From the human T2T-CHM13v2.0 reference genome, Homo sapiens: 64,000 nucleotides of DNA. Positions 30,830 through 47,660 of this stretch are shown piece after piece. Position numbers and translations under genes: made by a program. Where the stretch lies: NCBI RefSeq assembly GCF_009914755.1, contig NC_060931.1; one strand, 5' to 3'. Under the pieces are notes generated by a model that searched no databases, had not been told where the DNA came from, and saw nothing but the letters and a program-made list of their open reading frames with translations. Each line of letters starts with the position of its first letter. Within the stretch, counting starts at the first letter, position 1.

Positions 30830-31870
30830 AACGCAGTAGGCTGTCCTGGCCAAAGGGTGGTGCTGTGAGTCGCCTCCAGCCTCCGGGCCGTCCCGAAAGC
30901 TGCACCTTCTCCCCCTGAGCTGCAGAGGGCGCGCGTGAGGCATCGGGCGCTCAGGACCCCGCGGGAGCTCAGCGAGGGGGCGGGCGGCCACGGAGTGAGG
31001 CCGGGGCGGGGTCGGGCGCGGGGCGGACGTGGGGAGGGGTTGGCCGGGGCCAGAAGCAGGGTGCAGGGCAGGCGCGGGGCGGTCACGGGGGCGGGGCCGG
31101 TCGCGGGGCGCGGGGCGGGCCCGAGCTACCGGTAGTCTGCCTGCCGCAGTCCGAGCGCCGCGCTGGGGAGAGCGGGTGTTTGAAGGCTCCGCGGACCGGC
31201 ACTAGGAGCCGGGGGCGGGTCCGTGACCCTCCGGCTGCTCGGAGCGAACAGGCGGCCAGGAAAGAAGCGGGCCTGAACACCATGATCCCTTTGGAGAAGC
31301 CAGGCAGCGGCGGCTCCTCCCCAGGCGCCACCTCAGGCTCGGGCCGGGCAGGCCGGGGTCTGAGCGGGCCGTGCCGGCCGCCGCCGCCGCCCCAGGCCCG
31401 CGGGCTGCTGACAGAGATACGCGCCGTGGTGCGCACCGAGCCCTTCCAGGACGGCTACAGCCTGTGCCCGGGCCGGGAGCTGGGCAGGTGAGGACGGGCG
31501 GGGCCCGGCGCGGAACCTTCCCGGACGCGCGGGGCGGGACGTGGGCGCCGATAAGTGCCGGGGCCGCGGCGGCGAGGCTGAAGTGGCGTTGCTGCTGCCG
31601 ATAACGCGCGTTGTGACTTGGCACAAACTTGGGTGCCGACGGCAAGTAGGGCAGCCGAGTCGCACCAGCGCCCCCTCCACGCGCCGCGCCCAGCAAGCGA
31701 GTGGTGGTAACTCGATGGCGGTCCCGGAGGCGCGGACACTTTCCTCAGCCCTTTCGTTCTCTGTGGCGTTTCGAATGGCTATTTAACGAGAGAAGGTGCG
31801 GGCCGCGCTCTGCCTTTCACCCCGAGCAGCGGGTCTGAAAACCAGAGGTCTGTGGAGCCGACTTTGCATT
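30830..31870. promoter_or_regulatory. STK17A: STK17A CpG-island promoter with multiple Sp/KLF GC boxes
   Basis: Very high GC and CpG density around exon 1. GGGGCGGGG at 31003-31011 and GGGGCGGGGC at 31088-31097. No TATA box seen. Confidence 0.93.
31282..31487 (+). CDS. STK17A: STK17A (DRAK1) coding exon 1 ([69 protein letters not shown])
   Basis: ATG in acaccATG context (A at -3), donor AG|GTGAGG at 31488. 206 nt. Matches the recognised DRAK1 N-terminus and ends in the start of the Gly-rich loop. Confidence 0.97.
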
Positions 31871-32894
31871 TTTCCTTCAACTCTTGCGACTTTCTTGGTC
31901 TGCCTGTGTGGTTTTAATAAAATACAGCATCCGTTGTGACCGCTTCCTTTGCACCGGCGCTCTGTTACCTTGTGTCGGTCTTCTGCTGAATTCATTTTCG
32001 TTTTCTTGGTTGGTTTTCTGCCGTTTTAGTTCTAAAGCATTTAGGTCCCTTTGCTTCGAGTTTAGATTGGTTTCTTTCGTGGGCGCTTGGCCCTTTTCTC
32101 GCTTTTTACTTTGCTGGGAACCGATTCTTGCCTTCTCCCCCCACCCCACGCTAGCCCACCCTTTTTTTGTGGGAGTAGAGAGAGCTTACAACTTGGTCTG
32201 TAAAGTTGCAGGTGCAGGCTGTTCGGATGCTTTACATTTTGTATGCTGAAGAGGGGTGATCGAGTGATTTTTGTGGGGTTTGGCGACTCTTCCTTGAGAA
32301 CAGTTTGAAGAAGTTGTTAAATACTCTGGCTTTGGGGGCAGACCTGAGTTCATATTCGTGCCCTTCTTGCTGTGTTTGCCTTTGGAGGGGTTAGACTCTC
32401 CAGCCTCACTTTCCTCATCCGTAAAATCGTATAATGATGACAGTACCTACCTCAGAGGTGGCCTGAAGATGCCATGCTTGTCAAGCGCATACCACTGGGC
32501 TTGCCACATGGCGTTCAGTAAATGTTCGCATTATTGCCAGCATTTGTCATGGTTGCAAAATAGCACCATGTTGTAATGGGAAAGGGCCTGACAGTTGGAA
32601 CAGCCTTCAGCTGGGGTCTTGGAAAGGCAAACAATGTAACATTGGTTATAATGTTAAAAACACACTGCCTTACACATATTAAGGTAACTTTTGGAAATAG
32701 TTTTTTTTGGGGGGTGGGGGTGTAGGGAGGGTGGAATCCTACCTTAACAAAGTCTTACTTATTCCTAAATGTTAACAAAAGGAAAAACACCTTTCAGGAA
32801 CAAGATTTACTTCACTGCTAGGCCCTAGTTGACTGGATCTGTGCATACTTTGTGACAAAAGATGAAGGGAGCTGTGACTTAGCTGTGTATTCTA

Positions 32895-33512
<618 letters not shown>

Positions 33513-35173
33513 TTACATAAATTTCTTTACAAAAGGAGTAGATTGTAAAGCAGCATAACAATGCAGTTATTAGATAAATACTTGATATAAGAGCCTGGAA
33601 CTGAAAAATAAAATTAAATCTATTCTTTCCCTTGTGGCACCCTTTTTTATCGCATAGGAGTTTAATGCAGTGCTTAAGAACATTGGCTTTGGAGTCAGAC
33701 AGTGTGAGATTGAATCTTGGCTCTTACTAGTTATGTGGACTTGAGTGCATTACCTAACCGTTTATTGCCTCATAGGGTTGGTGAGAGAATTAAGTAAAAC
33801 ACATAGCCTTAAGGCTGTGCTTAGCTTAGGGGAAGCACTCAATAAATGTAATTCATGGTGTAATTCAATAAATGTTATTATTTTAAATGTAACCCAAAAA
33901 GAAAACCTGCACAATCTCAAAAAATGCCTCTATGTCTGGCAAAAGTGATGAAGTCACAGGAACTGTTCAGAAGTCTCAGGAAGGAAAAGTTCTGTTTGTG
34001 TATAAGCAGTCCTTGTTTAAGTTTTATAAACTTTGCCTGTATTTATGGTTTTAACATAGCTAAGTGTGTCTCTGCTTCATCTTTGATAAGATAGAAAACC
34101 TATTTTTCCAACAATTAACTCTGGTTGCATTTCTGATATAACTAATTAATCTCATGCTGATAAAGAACTTGGAGAATACCCGTGTTAATAGTTTAATGAT
34201 GTGGGAAGAAAAACAGATTTTTTTTTTCATTTTATTCTATGGCCTTTCATTTAGTAAAATGCAGAAGGGGTGTGATGAGTTAACTGTTCAAACAAATCAT
34301 TCTTTTTCAGGTGCTACTATGTTATCACAGATCTAAAACTTTCAATGAGATGACTGTTCAAAGAGAATTTTTTAAATGGTCAACATTGATTCCAGAGTAA
34401 TGACAGGATGTGATGTTGATCATTTAAGAAATGTTGCATTCTTTCATGTCTCCAACAGAGTCCATAGCAGCGTAAATAAGGGTAAATATATGATGTAAAA
34501 CATTCTTTTATTGCTTGAAGCTTGACTGGTTAAGGCTTGTTACCTTTCTTTGAGTCAGGATGTATGCCAATGTAAACCACATTAATGATTTCGTTACTGG
34601 GGCACACAAGAGAAATGACCTTGGGTTCTGATAATTTTTTCGTGTTGATTTCCCTTGAGTTTATTGATAATATAGAAACAGAAAGATGTTTCAAGGAACT
34701 TAAAGATAACACCAGTTTCATAGCAAATGATTTGCCTTACATTTGTTTTCATTATCTAGTCCTCAACTTTAATGTTTTTAATATACCGATAAATTTTTTC
34801 TTAAGAAAAAAATATTTTAAGCCAAAAGAACACTTTAAAAATATTAGTACATGCTAATAGTTGGATTTTCCTAAGGAAAAAAGTTACAAATACAAGTTCC
34901 CATCTGAAACAGGTACTTTATAATGTGCAGGCCTTACAGTTTTACAAGTGCTTTCACATGCATTATCTCATTGATTCTCACCACAAGCCTGTTTGGAAAG
35001 CCCCATTTTTCAGATGAGAAAACAAAGACAGATTTAAAAGTCTTGTGAGAGATAACAGAGCTGGGACTCCTGACTTTGAAATCATTCCCATTACACCACA
35101 CATGTTTTTCAAAGAATAATTTGTAGTCTGTATCTTATGACTAAAGCAATTTCCTGTCATTTTAATGAAATGA

Positions 35174-35388
<215 letters not shown>

Positions 35389-36610
35389 GAAAGGATCTGT
35401 TAATGAGTTCTACATTGGAACAAACATGACCAAGCTTCAGTGTCATATAGTTAAGTTCCCACTGGGGCCTTAAAGTAAATTAGGGATGTCCTATCTCATT
35501 CTCCTCAGAGCAGTCAGGGGTAATAGGGACAAGAGAGGATTTTTATCAGAGAATAAGAGAATATTCAAACTGAAAGGGGACTCTGGGTGGGTATTTTGGG
35601 GACTGTGTGTCCTTACCTAGATTGATGGCTGTAGGTAATAGCTTCAGTTTTTGTATCTGACAAGAACTTAAGCGTGTGTCATAAGTTATCATTTTTTAAC
35701 AAATAAAGACCTTTATTAAGTAATATCCATGCAGAAATTGCTTTGTTTTAACACAGATGTTATTTAAGATTTCTTGACAGCTAGTCATTAGTTTGAAGAA
35801 TTTTATTTACAAACAGTTTTGGGTAATCTGATACTTTGGATAGATAAAAGAAAATTGGCCATATTTGTGGTTCAACAATAAAGTTACTTGGAAAGTATGG
35901 CTTCTGCTCTTAGGCAGGTACTTTAAGTCAGTCAGCTGTTTAATTTTGAAAAGTTCATGCTTCAAATGTTAAAATCTTAATTTAAAATACATGAATGTAA
36001 GAATTTGAATTTTAATCTTTTCATAAAACCATAGATGACACAATTTTATAAAATATGATTATTGAACCAAATGCATTAGAAAGCTAAGTAGCTATAGTCA
36101 CCTCTTCAGGTAAGTAAGAAGTTAACTAGATTTCTTGAGAGAATTTACACATTATGTAGACTTAATAGCTCACCTCCAGAACTCCTGTTCTGATATTTTT
36201 TTTAAATTATTATCATTGGTTATATCATAGATCTGAAATTAATGCCAAAAACAATAAAAATAGCCACTGATTATTGATCATTTGCTGAATGCTACACACT
36301 TTAAAGATGTAATTTTGTATAGTCTTCACTGCCCTGTATGGTAAAGTGCCATTGATCTCATTTTACAGATGAGGAATCCCAGGTTCCAAAGGATTAATAA
36401 ATTGCCCAGTATTACACACTTGTTAGCCAGAATTTAAAACCAAGTTTGACTTGTAAGGCCCTGCCTTTTCTTATCACGCATGCTAATGTCTTATTTGAAT
36501 GGACTCACTGATTTTTACGCCTAGGGTCTTTTCCTTGGTCCTTTCAGCGATAAGGAAGACAAAATCCATTCTAGGTTTTTCCTGAATGGAACTTCTTTAC
36601 GTTTAAGACA

Positions 36611-36885
<275 letters not shown>

Positions 36886-37921
36886 GACATCACTCCAGTG
36901 TAATTAGGCAAATACTGTACTTATGTATCAAGTACATAAAAGCACTACCTTAGGCTCTGGAAGCTATTCCCAAATGTAACAGATCAATCACTGTCCCCTT
37001 TATAGGCAAGATGATATGCCACTGGAAGGTCTTATGGGGGAAATAACATTTCAGTTGGGCTGTAAAGAATGGATGGAATTTCAGTAGTAGTTGCCATTGT
37101 CAATAAAACAGCAAGTCAGAGCAGTAGAAAAATTCAGTGAAGAGAGAATGGCAAGTAGTCCAGTATATTAAATGTCATGAGGTTAAGTTGCCATAAAACT
37201 TTTATTTAACAAAATAATAAGCAGTATATATACTAGGTGTGCTGATTATATTTGCACACCTGCCATGTGCAGGGCACTATGGAGATAAAAAGATGAAGAA
37301 TAAGTGAGGTCCCTGAAACTCACAGTCCAGCTGGGAGACATAGTACAACAAGTTGTAATATATAAGATTGACATAAATATAATAAAGGTATAAACAAAGC
37401 ACTTTAACCTAGAATAAAACAGGACCTTGGACATTATTTTACTTCCCCTTTGTACTGCTCAAATTAGCATGTGCATTTTCTGATGTTTACCTGAATGTTA
37501 TATATTCTATTATCTCTTCACCTTTGCTTATAATCCAACACTTGAATTTGTATTTGGAATCCCTTCAATAAATGGGATTCTCTTTACCAAAAAAGGCAGC
37601 TCAACCTTCTGTCCAACTATAACTCCTACCACATTACACAGTACTATAACTGGTACCACATTTACACAGTACCTATATTAAAAATCTAAAAGTCATCCAT
37701 GACTTTCACCTTTCCTTTCTCCCCTCATCTCTGCGTACAACTCACACCTGCCAGGGAGTGCTAATAAATCTTGACTTTGAGTGTCTTTTAAACATATTCT
37801 CTCTTCCCAGTCCCTACGCTGGTACTTGAGTGCAGACCTACTGCTTTGAATTATTTTATTGGCCTCTCTGTTTCTAGTTATCACTGGCAATCCACTCTTC
37901 ACAACACTATTAGAATTACCT

Positions 37922-38342
<421 letters not shown>

Positions 38343-39234
38343 TAAGCCTGATGAAGCCCAAACTCCTTAGCAAACATACCTACCTAAAGATACTCACCCT
38401 GTCTCCCTAAGCAGTGTTTTTAGGCACTGATAATGCAAAGGACTTAGGGAGCTCGGACTGGTGGGTCTCAATCAAATGTCACCTCCTCTTGTTATAATTG
38501 TTTATGTATCTTACCTTTCCCACCTCTCTGGAATATGTTTTCAGTGAGTAGTTCTGAAATGTATTCATTTCTGATATTCATCCCAAAATATTTAATGAAA
38601 ACCTAAGTTCTCAGTTTTGTACCTATTAGCAAAATATAGATGTTTTTGAAATGAAAAAATATACCTGAAAATTATGGCAACTGTTTATTCCAGGAAGAAG
38701 TTTGGCTTTTGAGTCAACAAAAAAAGTAGATGTGCAACAAACATCTTATGCCCTTTGGACCTCATCAGCCCCAAGAGAGCTGTATATAACCATGGCCCAT
38801 AATGTCAGGGAAACATCATTTTTAAAATGTTTTGTAGAGGACTCAATAACCTAAAGTTAAAGGTTGAGGTACAGTCACAATTTTTACCATAAAGTCATGG
38901 TAAAATATGCATGTTGGAGCCCTTTTGAGGTATGGAATTTAGGGAACTCTGTCAATGTAATTCTGAGCATATACACTGGGACTTTGCAGCTTGAATGCTG
39001 AATCTCCTGTTTTCTTTATACAATGTGGCTGTGTAGAACAGCTCCAAGAAATCCGTTATTATCTTCTCTGACTCCTCCTTGAGTGGTTTGAAGGGTCCCC
39101 CTCCCATTGCACCAGTCATTTAGAGATGAAGGCATGCATGCTTCCTCAAATCATTGCGACCTGCTGTCATAATGTCAGTTTCAGTGGTATGTGGTATTAG
39201 AATGATGGAAGAGTTTTATTCAGCATAGGATAGA

Positions 39235-39557
39235 GCAGGGGTCAGCAAACTACAGCCAGCCACCTATTTTTGAAAGCCTTGCAAGCTGTTTTTACATTTT
39301 TTATGTTTTACATTTTTTAATAGTTAAAAAAATTAGAATAAGAGTAATATTTAATAACATGAAAAGCTTATGAAATTAAATTTCAGTGTAAAAGGTTCAT
39401 TGGAAGCCAAACATACCCATTCATTTACCTTTCTTGTATGGCTGCTTTTGTTCTGCAACAGTGGACTTGAGTCATTGCTGCAGAGACCCTCTGGTCCACA
39501 AAGCCAAAAATATTTACCATCTTGCTTGCCCTTCACAGAAAAACTTGCTGACCCTAG
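39235..39557. mobile_element. MER58 (hAT-Charlie)
   Basis: TIRs caggggtcagcaaact ... acttgctgacccta. Confidence 0.85.
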
Positions 39558-40590
39558 TATAGTACAGGATATGTTGGAAAGAAAAGAATAAATCTAGAAC
39601 TGTGAGGAATGTTTCCAGAAAAACAAAGGTGGTGTCAGTGTAGTCATTGATATGAAAGGAGAGCCGTGGGAACTGCATTCTAGCACCTAAAGGAATGGGT
39701 GAGGAGCATGAGCAACAGATGAATAAGTATGGGGAAGAGGCCCCAGAATTTAGCAATGGCTGTTCTGTAACAGGGCTCCCACAGTTCACAGGTTAGCAAT
39801 GTGTGTGAGTCCGTGTTTAATTTGCCCTGTTAAATTCTAACTTCTAGGTTTTGATCTTTCATTCTAGACTACTGACATAATTTTGAGTTCCAATTCTGTT
39901 TGCTGAATTAGCTGTCTTTCCATTTGGTCTTTAAAAATAGACTTTCAGGCTATGTAATAAGTAGTTTTTTACTTACTGCACAGTACTTTATTGCTTTGAA
40001 TGTCAGGTGTGGCAACAGTAAACATTTGTGTGTGTGATATGTGTTTGAGGGCCGTTCTACTGAGTCATTTCTAATTTACCAGGAACATGTTTGCTGCCAA
40101 TTATATGTTGAGGCTTCATTTCAGACGAATTTTTTACAAATTAAACTTTCTCTTCTCTTGAAACTTCAGACATGTAGGTATGAAAATATCAAATTAATAA
40201 CAATTGTTTTCTGTCTTAAAAGAATTCAGAGATCATTGGGAACCTTTTAAAACTTGATGGAGATGTTAGCCTAATGATTTTGTGGGATAAAATGAAAGGT
40301 ATTAATTACTCTTTGAGGAATTCATTTATAGTTACTCTCTCCCATATCTGTAGAAGTCTTTCATATTTCTGTGAACAAAAGAACTTTTATCTGAATAAGG
40401 GTGCTGCTAGGTAGGTTGTTACCAAATTGAACAGCCATAGGGCTATGCTTAAGGATTTGTCATTCCACATTTATATTACTAATGATAAAAACATGGAGGA
40501 CATGAAAATTATATTTGCAGTTAACAATAGCTGGGAAGGAAGAATTACTCAAAATTATGTCAGTAGTCTAGAATGCTAGATCAAAGCCTA

Positions 40591-40966
<376 letters not shown>

Positions 40967-40974
40967 TTAGAAAG

Positions 40975-41885
40975 CTTTTTAAAAAAATAGATTCAGGGGT
41001 ACAAGTGCATTTGTGTCACATGGATATATTGGGTCATGGTGAAGTCTGGGCTTTTAGTGTGCTCATCACCTAAATAGCGTACATTGTACCCAATAGGTAG
41101 TATTTAATTCCTCACCCCCTTCCCACTCTCTTACTGTTTGGTCTGTTTTTCCACTCTATGCCTGTGTATCCATTTAGTTCCCACTTAAAAGTGAAAACAG
41201 GCAGTTTTTTACTTCCTGCTTGAGTCATCTCACTTAGGATAATGACATCCAGTTCCATCCATGTTACTGCACAAGACATCATTTTTATGGCTGTGTAGTA
41301 GTCCATGATACATATACACACCATATTTTTAGTCCAGTCATCCACTGATGGACACTTAGGTTGGTATCTTTGCTATTATGAATAGGGCTGTGATTAACAT
41401 ATGAGTGCAGGTGTCTTTTTCATACAATAATTTCTTTTCCTTTGGGCAGATACCCTGTAATGGGATAGCCAAGTCAAATGGTAGTTCTTTGAGAAATCTC
41501 TAAACTACTTTCCATAGTGGCTGAACTAATTTACATTTCCACCAGCAGTGTATAAGCGTTCCCTTTTCTTTGTATGTTCGCCAACATTTGTTGTTTTTTA
41601 ACTTTTTACTAATAGCCATTCCAACTGCTGTAAAGCAGTACCTCATTGTGATTTTAATTTGCATTTCTCTGATGATTAGTGATGTTGAACATTTTTTAAT
41701 GTGTTTGTTTGCTGCTCTTTTGAAAAAATGTCTGTTCATATCAAAAAAAAAACAATGAGGTTGTTTTTTTTTCTCGTTTTTTGAGTTCCTTGTAGATTCT
41801 GGATATCATCCCTTTGTTGGAGGCATAGTTTGCAAATATTTTTTCCCATTCTGTAGGTTGTCTGTTTATGCTGTTGATTATTCCA
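40975..41885 (-). mobile_element. L1PB/L1MA 3' fragment (ORF2 C-terminus plus 3'UTR)
   Basis: ORF 41500..41739 (-) [19 protein letters not shown]...[12 protein letters not shown] is the L1 ORF2p cysteine-rich C-terminus. Confidence 0.92.
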
Positions 41886-41973
41886 AATTTTTTAGCAATC
41901 ATTTTTAAAATATAGTATGAGGATACTGACTTGATAAAAATTCAAGGTGGAAAAAAATCTAGGTAGTTTATCA

Positions 41974-42375
<402 letters not shown>

Positions 42376-42689
42376 CTAACAGATGGTGTTTGCTGTGTTC
42401 AGTATCTGATAGACTGCCATGTGGAAAAGAGAGTGAGGTCTGGTCTGTACTGCTCAGCAGAGGACCCTGACTGTAACCCTTCAACTGAAGTCAGGTTTAG
42501 GCTTGTAATGAAGACCTTATTAAGATAATATGTACCCAGTAGTGGAAAAGATTACCTCACAGTTTGAAATAAGACATTGGCATTTGGTGTTAGGTAAAAT
42601 ACTGTATGATTTCTAGGTTGTCTTTCAACCTAAGGATTCAGTGGATGTTTACGGGTGATGACTATCACAGCTTAATGATGTTTGTGTGA

Positions 42690-43080
42690 TTAGTAATATT
42701 TATTGAGCACTTACTGTGTGGCAAGTACCATGCTAAGCAATTGAAATATATTATTCTTTAATTCTTAGAACCCTGTGAAGTAGATGCCATTTGTGTCCCT
42801 ATTATACAGATTAGAAAAATGAGACTTAGGGCATGGAGGCTCATGCCTTTAATCCTAGCAGGATCACTTGAGGCCAGGAGTTCAATACTAGCCTGAGCAA
42901 CATAGAGAGACCCAGTCTCTTAAAAAAAAAAAAAAAAAGAAAGAAAGAAAAGAAAAGAAAAATGAAACTAAAAGAGGTTAAATAAACCACCTAAGGTTAC
43001 TGTCAAGTGCCACTTATAGGGTTCAAGCCCACATAGGTTTAATTCCAGAGCTCATACTTTTAATCAGTATGCTATACTGA
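42690..43080. mobile_element. MIR interrupted by a FLAM (~42829-42960)
   Basis: MIR core on both sides of an Alu monomer, duplicated gaaaaatga(g/a)act. Confidence 0.75.
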
Positions 43081-43288
43081 GTCCCTGGTTTACCCACTTA
43101 TTAGTGTAATGACAAATAGTAATGTATCAATATAACACTTTGTTGTATCTGTCTTTATGAGAAAATACATTTCTAGCTGACGCTCTAGTTAAAATGATAA
43201 ATGAGTGAGATCCTTACCTTTAGAAAGTGATAGTGCTCTTTAGAGTCAATTAGTGCAGTGAAATTCATCATATTAGGGATTCTGGTGA

Positions 43289-43625
<337 letters not shown>

Positions 43626-43950
43626 TCAACTGGCTTTTTTAGAGACCTAAATCATTTTATGTATAAATGTGCAAAAAATTAAGTTATGTGTAACTCTGCA
43701 AAAAAATGGACTTTAATATTTGTTATTCTTTAGAAAATGAATTGTGCAGGTTTATACATTTTGTTTTATTTGATAAATCTATAAATCTATAGATGTAGCC
43801 TATATAAATTTCTAAGTGATGTTTCTACTTTTGTGATTGTATATAAGCTAAATTTGAATATCTACCAATGGGTATTTGGAAATTTCATTGAAATCTGCCA
43901 TCTCTGGAAAGTTGTCAACTTTAACAGTGAATGTTTTTGTTTAATTCTAG

Positions 43951-44163
43951 GGGGAAATTTGCAGTGGTGAGAAAATGTATAAAGAAAGATTCTGGGAAAG
44001 AATTTGCTGCAAAGTTCATGAGAAAAAGAAGAAAAGGCCAAGATTGTCGGATGGAAATAATTCATGAGATTGCTGTACTTGAACTAGCACAAGACAATCC
44101 TTGGGTCATTAATTTACATGAAGTTTATGAGACTGCATCAGAAATGATCTTAGTTCTGGAATA
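43951..44163 (+). CDS. STK17A: STK17A exon 2 (kinase subdomains I-V; [71 protein letters not shown])
   Basis: Acceptor ttaattctAG (43949-43950), donor GTAAGT (44164). 213 nt, phase 2 to 2. AAK catalytic lysine, alphaC Glu and DAPK-family basic loop. Confidence 0.98.
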
Positions 44164-44618
44164 GTAAGTATTGTCTTTCTTAGATTAAGTTTGTTTGGTA
44201 GTCTACACTTCCTTTACGGAATGCCACTCATCTGTGATAATGTTGCCAGGCCTGGTTCTCTGGAAATCTCAGAATTTTCTAGATCATCTTCAGGTGTTCC
44301 TCTTATTAATATAACATGTTCCAAATTTGCAAGGATGCATGTATATTAGCTTTTTTATTTTCATTCTTTAATGAAATTCTTGTCATAATTGGATAAAAGG
44401 TTATCTTACAATTTTATTAGAGGCATTCTTAACAAAGTAATACCAAACTAATATTAAAATAAAAGGCATTTTATAATCCTTACATGTTCTTATAGTCTGA
44501 GTTAATCTCCTTTCTTTTAGAAACAGTGGTCTTGATTCTTACTATGTTTTCAATTTAAGTAGGTAGATAACAGCACAGAAAACAGCTTTGAAAAATGAAG
44601 GACTGTTCTTTCTCCTTA

Positions 44619-45055
<437 letters not shown>

Positions 45056-45397
45056 ATAATTAATTTAAAAAAACAAAAAAGACTTAATACATCAATAAAT
45101 CCAAACAAAATGAAAAGACAAACTCGGAAAAATACCTCTAATATTCATCTAGCCAAAGCGGTTAAAGTTGCTTGAATATATAACCAGATCTTGCAAATAC
45201 ACACAAACACATGAACCTCCCAGTTTACAAAGGGTTTGGACCGTAATCCCAAAAGATGCAATCTTAAATGTTGAAATTCCAAAAAATCAAAAACCCTAAG
45301 GTCTAAAATCTCAAAAATCACAATCCCAAAAGATCAAAATCTTGAAAATATAATTATGGAAAAAAAATCCTAAAAAATTCTGTAAAAGACATTTATT

Positions 45398-45990
45398 TGG
45401 TGCGGTGGCTCATGCCTGTAGTTCAGCACTTTGTTGTTATTATTTTTTTTTTTTGAGATGGATTTTCACTCTTGTTGCCCAGACTGGAGTGCATTGGCAC
45501 AATCTCGGCTTACTGCAGCTCATGGGTTCAAGCGATTCTCCTGCCTCAGCCCCCCAAGTAGCTAGGATTACAGGCATCCGTCCACCTTTATGCCTGGCTA
45601 ATTTTTTGTATTTTTTTTAGAGATGGGGTTTCACCGTGTTGGTGAGGCTGCTCAAACTCCTGACCTCAGGTGATCCATCCACCTCGGCCTCCCAAAGTGC
45701 TGGTTTACAGGCGTGAGCCCAGCCAAATCCCAGCACTTTGGGCAGCCAAAGTGGGAAGATTTCTTGAGCCCAGGAGTTGGAGACCACCCTGGGCAACATA
45801 GCGAAACCCTGTCTCTACAAAAAATACAAAAATTAGCTGGGAGTGGTGGTGCATGCCTGTAATCCCAGCTACTTGGGAGGCTGAAGTGGTAGGATCACCT
45901 GAGGTCAAGGCTACAGTGAGCCGAGATAGTGCCACTGCACTCCAGCCTGGGTGACAGAGTGAGACTCTGTCTCAAATAACAAAAAAAATT
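45398..45990. mobile_element. Sense AluJ (45398-45433 and 45726-45990) split by an antisense AluS (~45434-45725)
   Basis: cagcactttg is duplicated at both junctions. Confidence 0.88.
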
Positions 45991-46237
45991 TATTTACATT
46001 TTAAAAGGGGATTTATTTAGGAAACATAAAAATAACTATATACCATAAATTGTCCAATTATTATGTCAATTAAAAATAAAATTTTAATACATGACATTTC
46101 ATAGGCCACTTTATTTACATGCTAAAACAGAGAGTAATAACATACATGTTTTTACAAACATAACACTCAGATATACCGACAGTCACACAAATGTAACGGT
46201 TATGAGCAGATAAACCATATTTATAAAAGAAATGGTC

Positions 46238-46545
<308 letters not shown>

Positions 46546-46791
46546 TCAAAAAGTGAAATATATAAATGTATATCCCCATAGTTGATAATTCTGTACACCT
46601 CCATTGATAACTGTGGTCCTCTGAAATACTACGACAAACAACCTAAGTCTTTTGACAAAATTGATCGAAAACCTCAGTGAGTCATCACCATATATGCAGT
46701 TGCCCAAAGAGCCAAGAGCTCAAGAAATTTTTTTTCACAAATGCAGATGTACAAAAAGGACATCTCTTCATTTATTAAGAAAGTTTAAATG

Positions 46792-47186
<395 letters not shown>

Positions 47187-47660
47187 TAAAATGAATTAGA
47201 ACTCTCCTCAAATTTTCACCCAATTCATACTTCCAGTATTGAAAATAATGCGAAGATGAAATGCATAGCATAGTGAATTGGTGCAATATGTGAAGGGGCA
47301 GAAGTTGTACATGATTGAATAATTTGGCAGGAAAGAGTTCTTAGATTTTTCACCTGCATTTTCACTTCTATAACCTTTGAAACACCTGCTGCACTTGTAT
47401 TTGGACAGTGGTTGTGATCTACAAATTTTGTAAGTATATGTTGTCCACCCGAAAGCCTGGTTATTGCTCAGCCATTGCAATTCAATTATTTTCTGCTTTC
47501 AAAGCACCAATAATAATTAGCTTTTAAACCATTAGGTAGCCTTGTATGCTTAACTTAATCACATCCTTTTTTGAAGGAACAATTTCATAGGTCTCTTCCA
47601 TTGTATTGTAAGGAATACAGTGAGAAGGAATCATATTGGGCCTCCCCAGTACCAAATCTT

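Noticed and set aside
30577-30831. 84-aa ORF with the repeated peptide PREV.LTAQMPFINR
   Set aside because: A by-product of the 72-bp DNA duplication (a multiple of 3), with a GTG start and no other coding support
30800-31790. Many overlapping ORFs on both strands around STK17A exon 1
   Set aside because: Expected from stop-codon depletion in a CpG island. Only 31282-31487 splices into the kinase frame.
34270-34360. GTGATGA (C-box-like) as a possible intronic C/D snoRNA
   Set aside because: No suitably placed CTGA D box or terminal stem
45232-45360. Short periodic AATCCCAAAAG-type repeats resembling a CRISPR-like or iteron array
   Set aside because: These are the subrepeats of the Ricksha TIR. 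There are no unique spacers or cas genes, and the DNA is mammalian.
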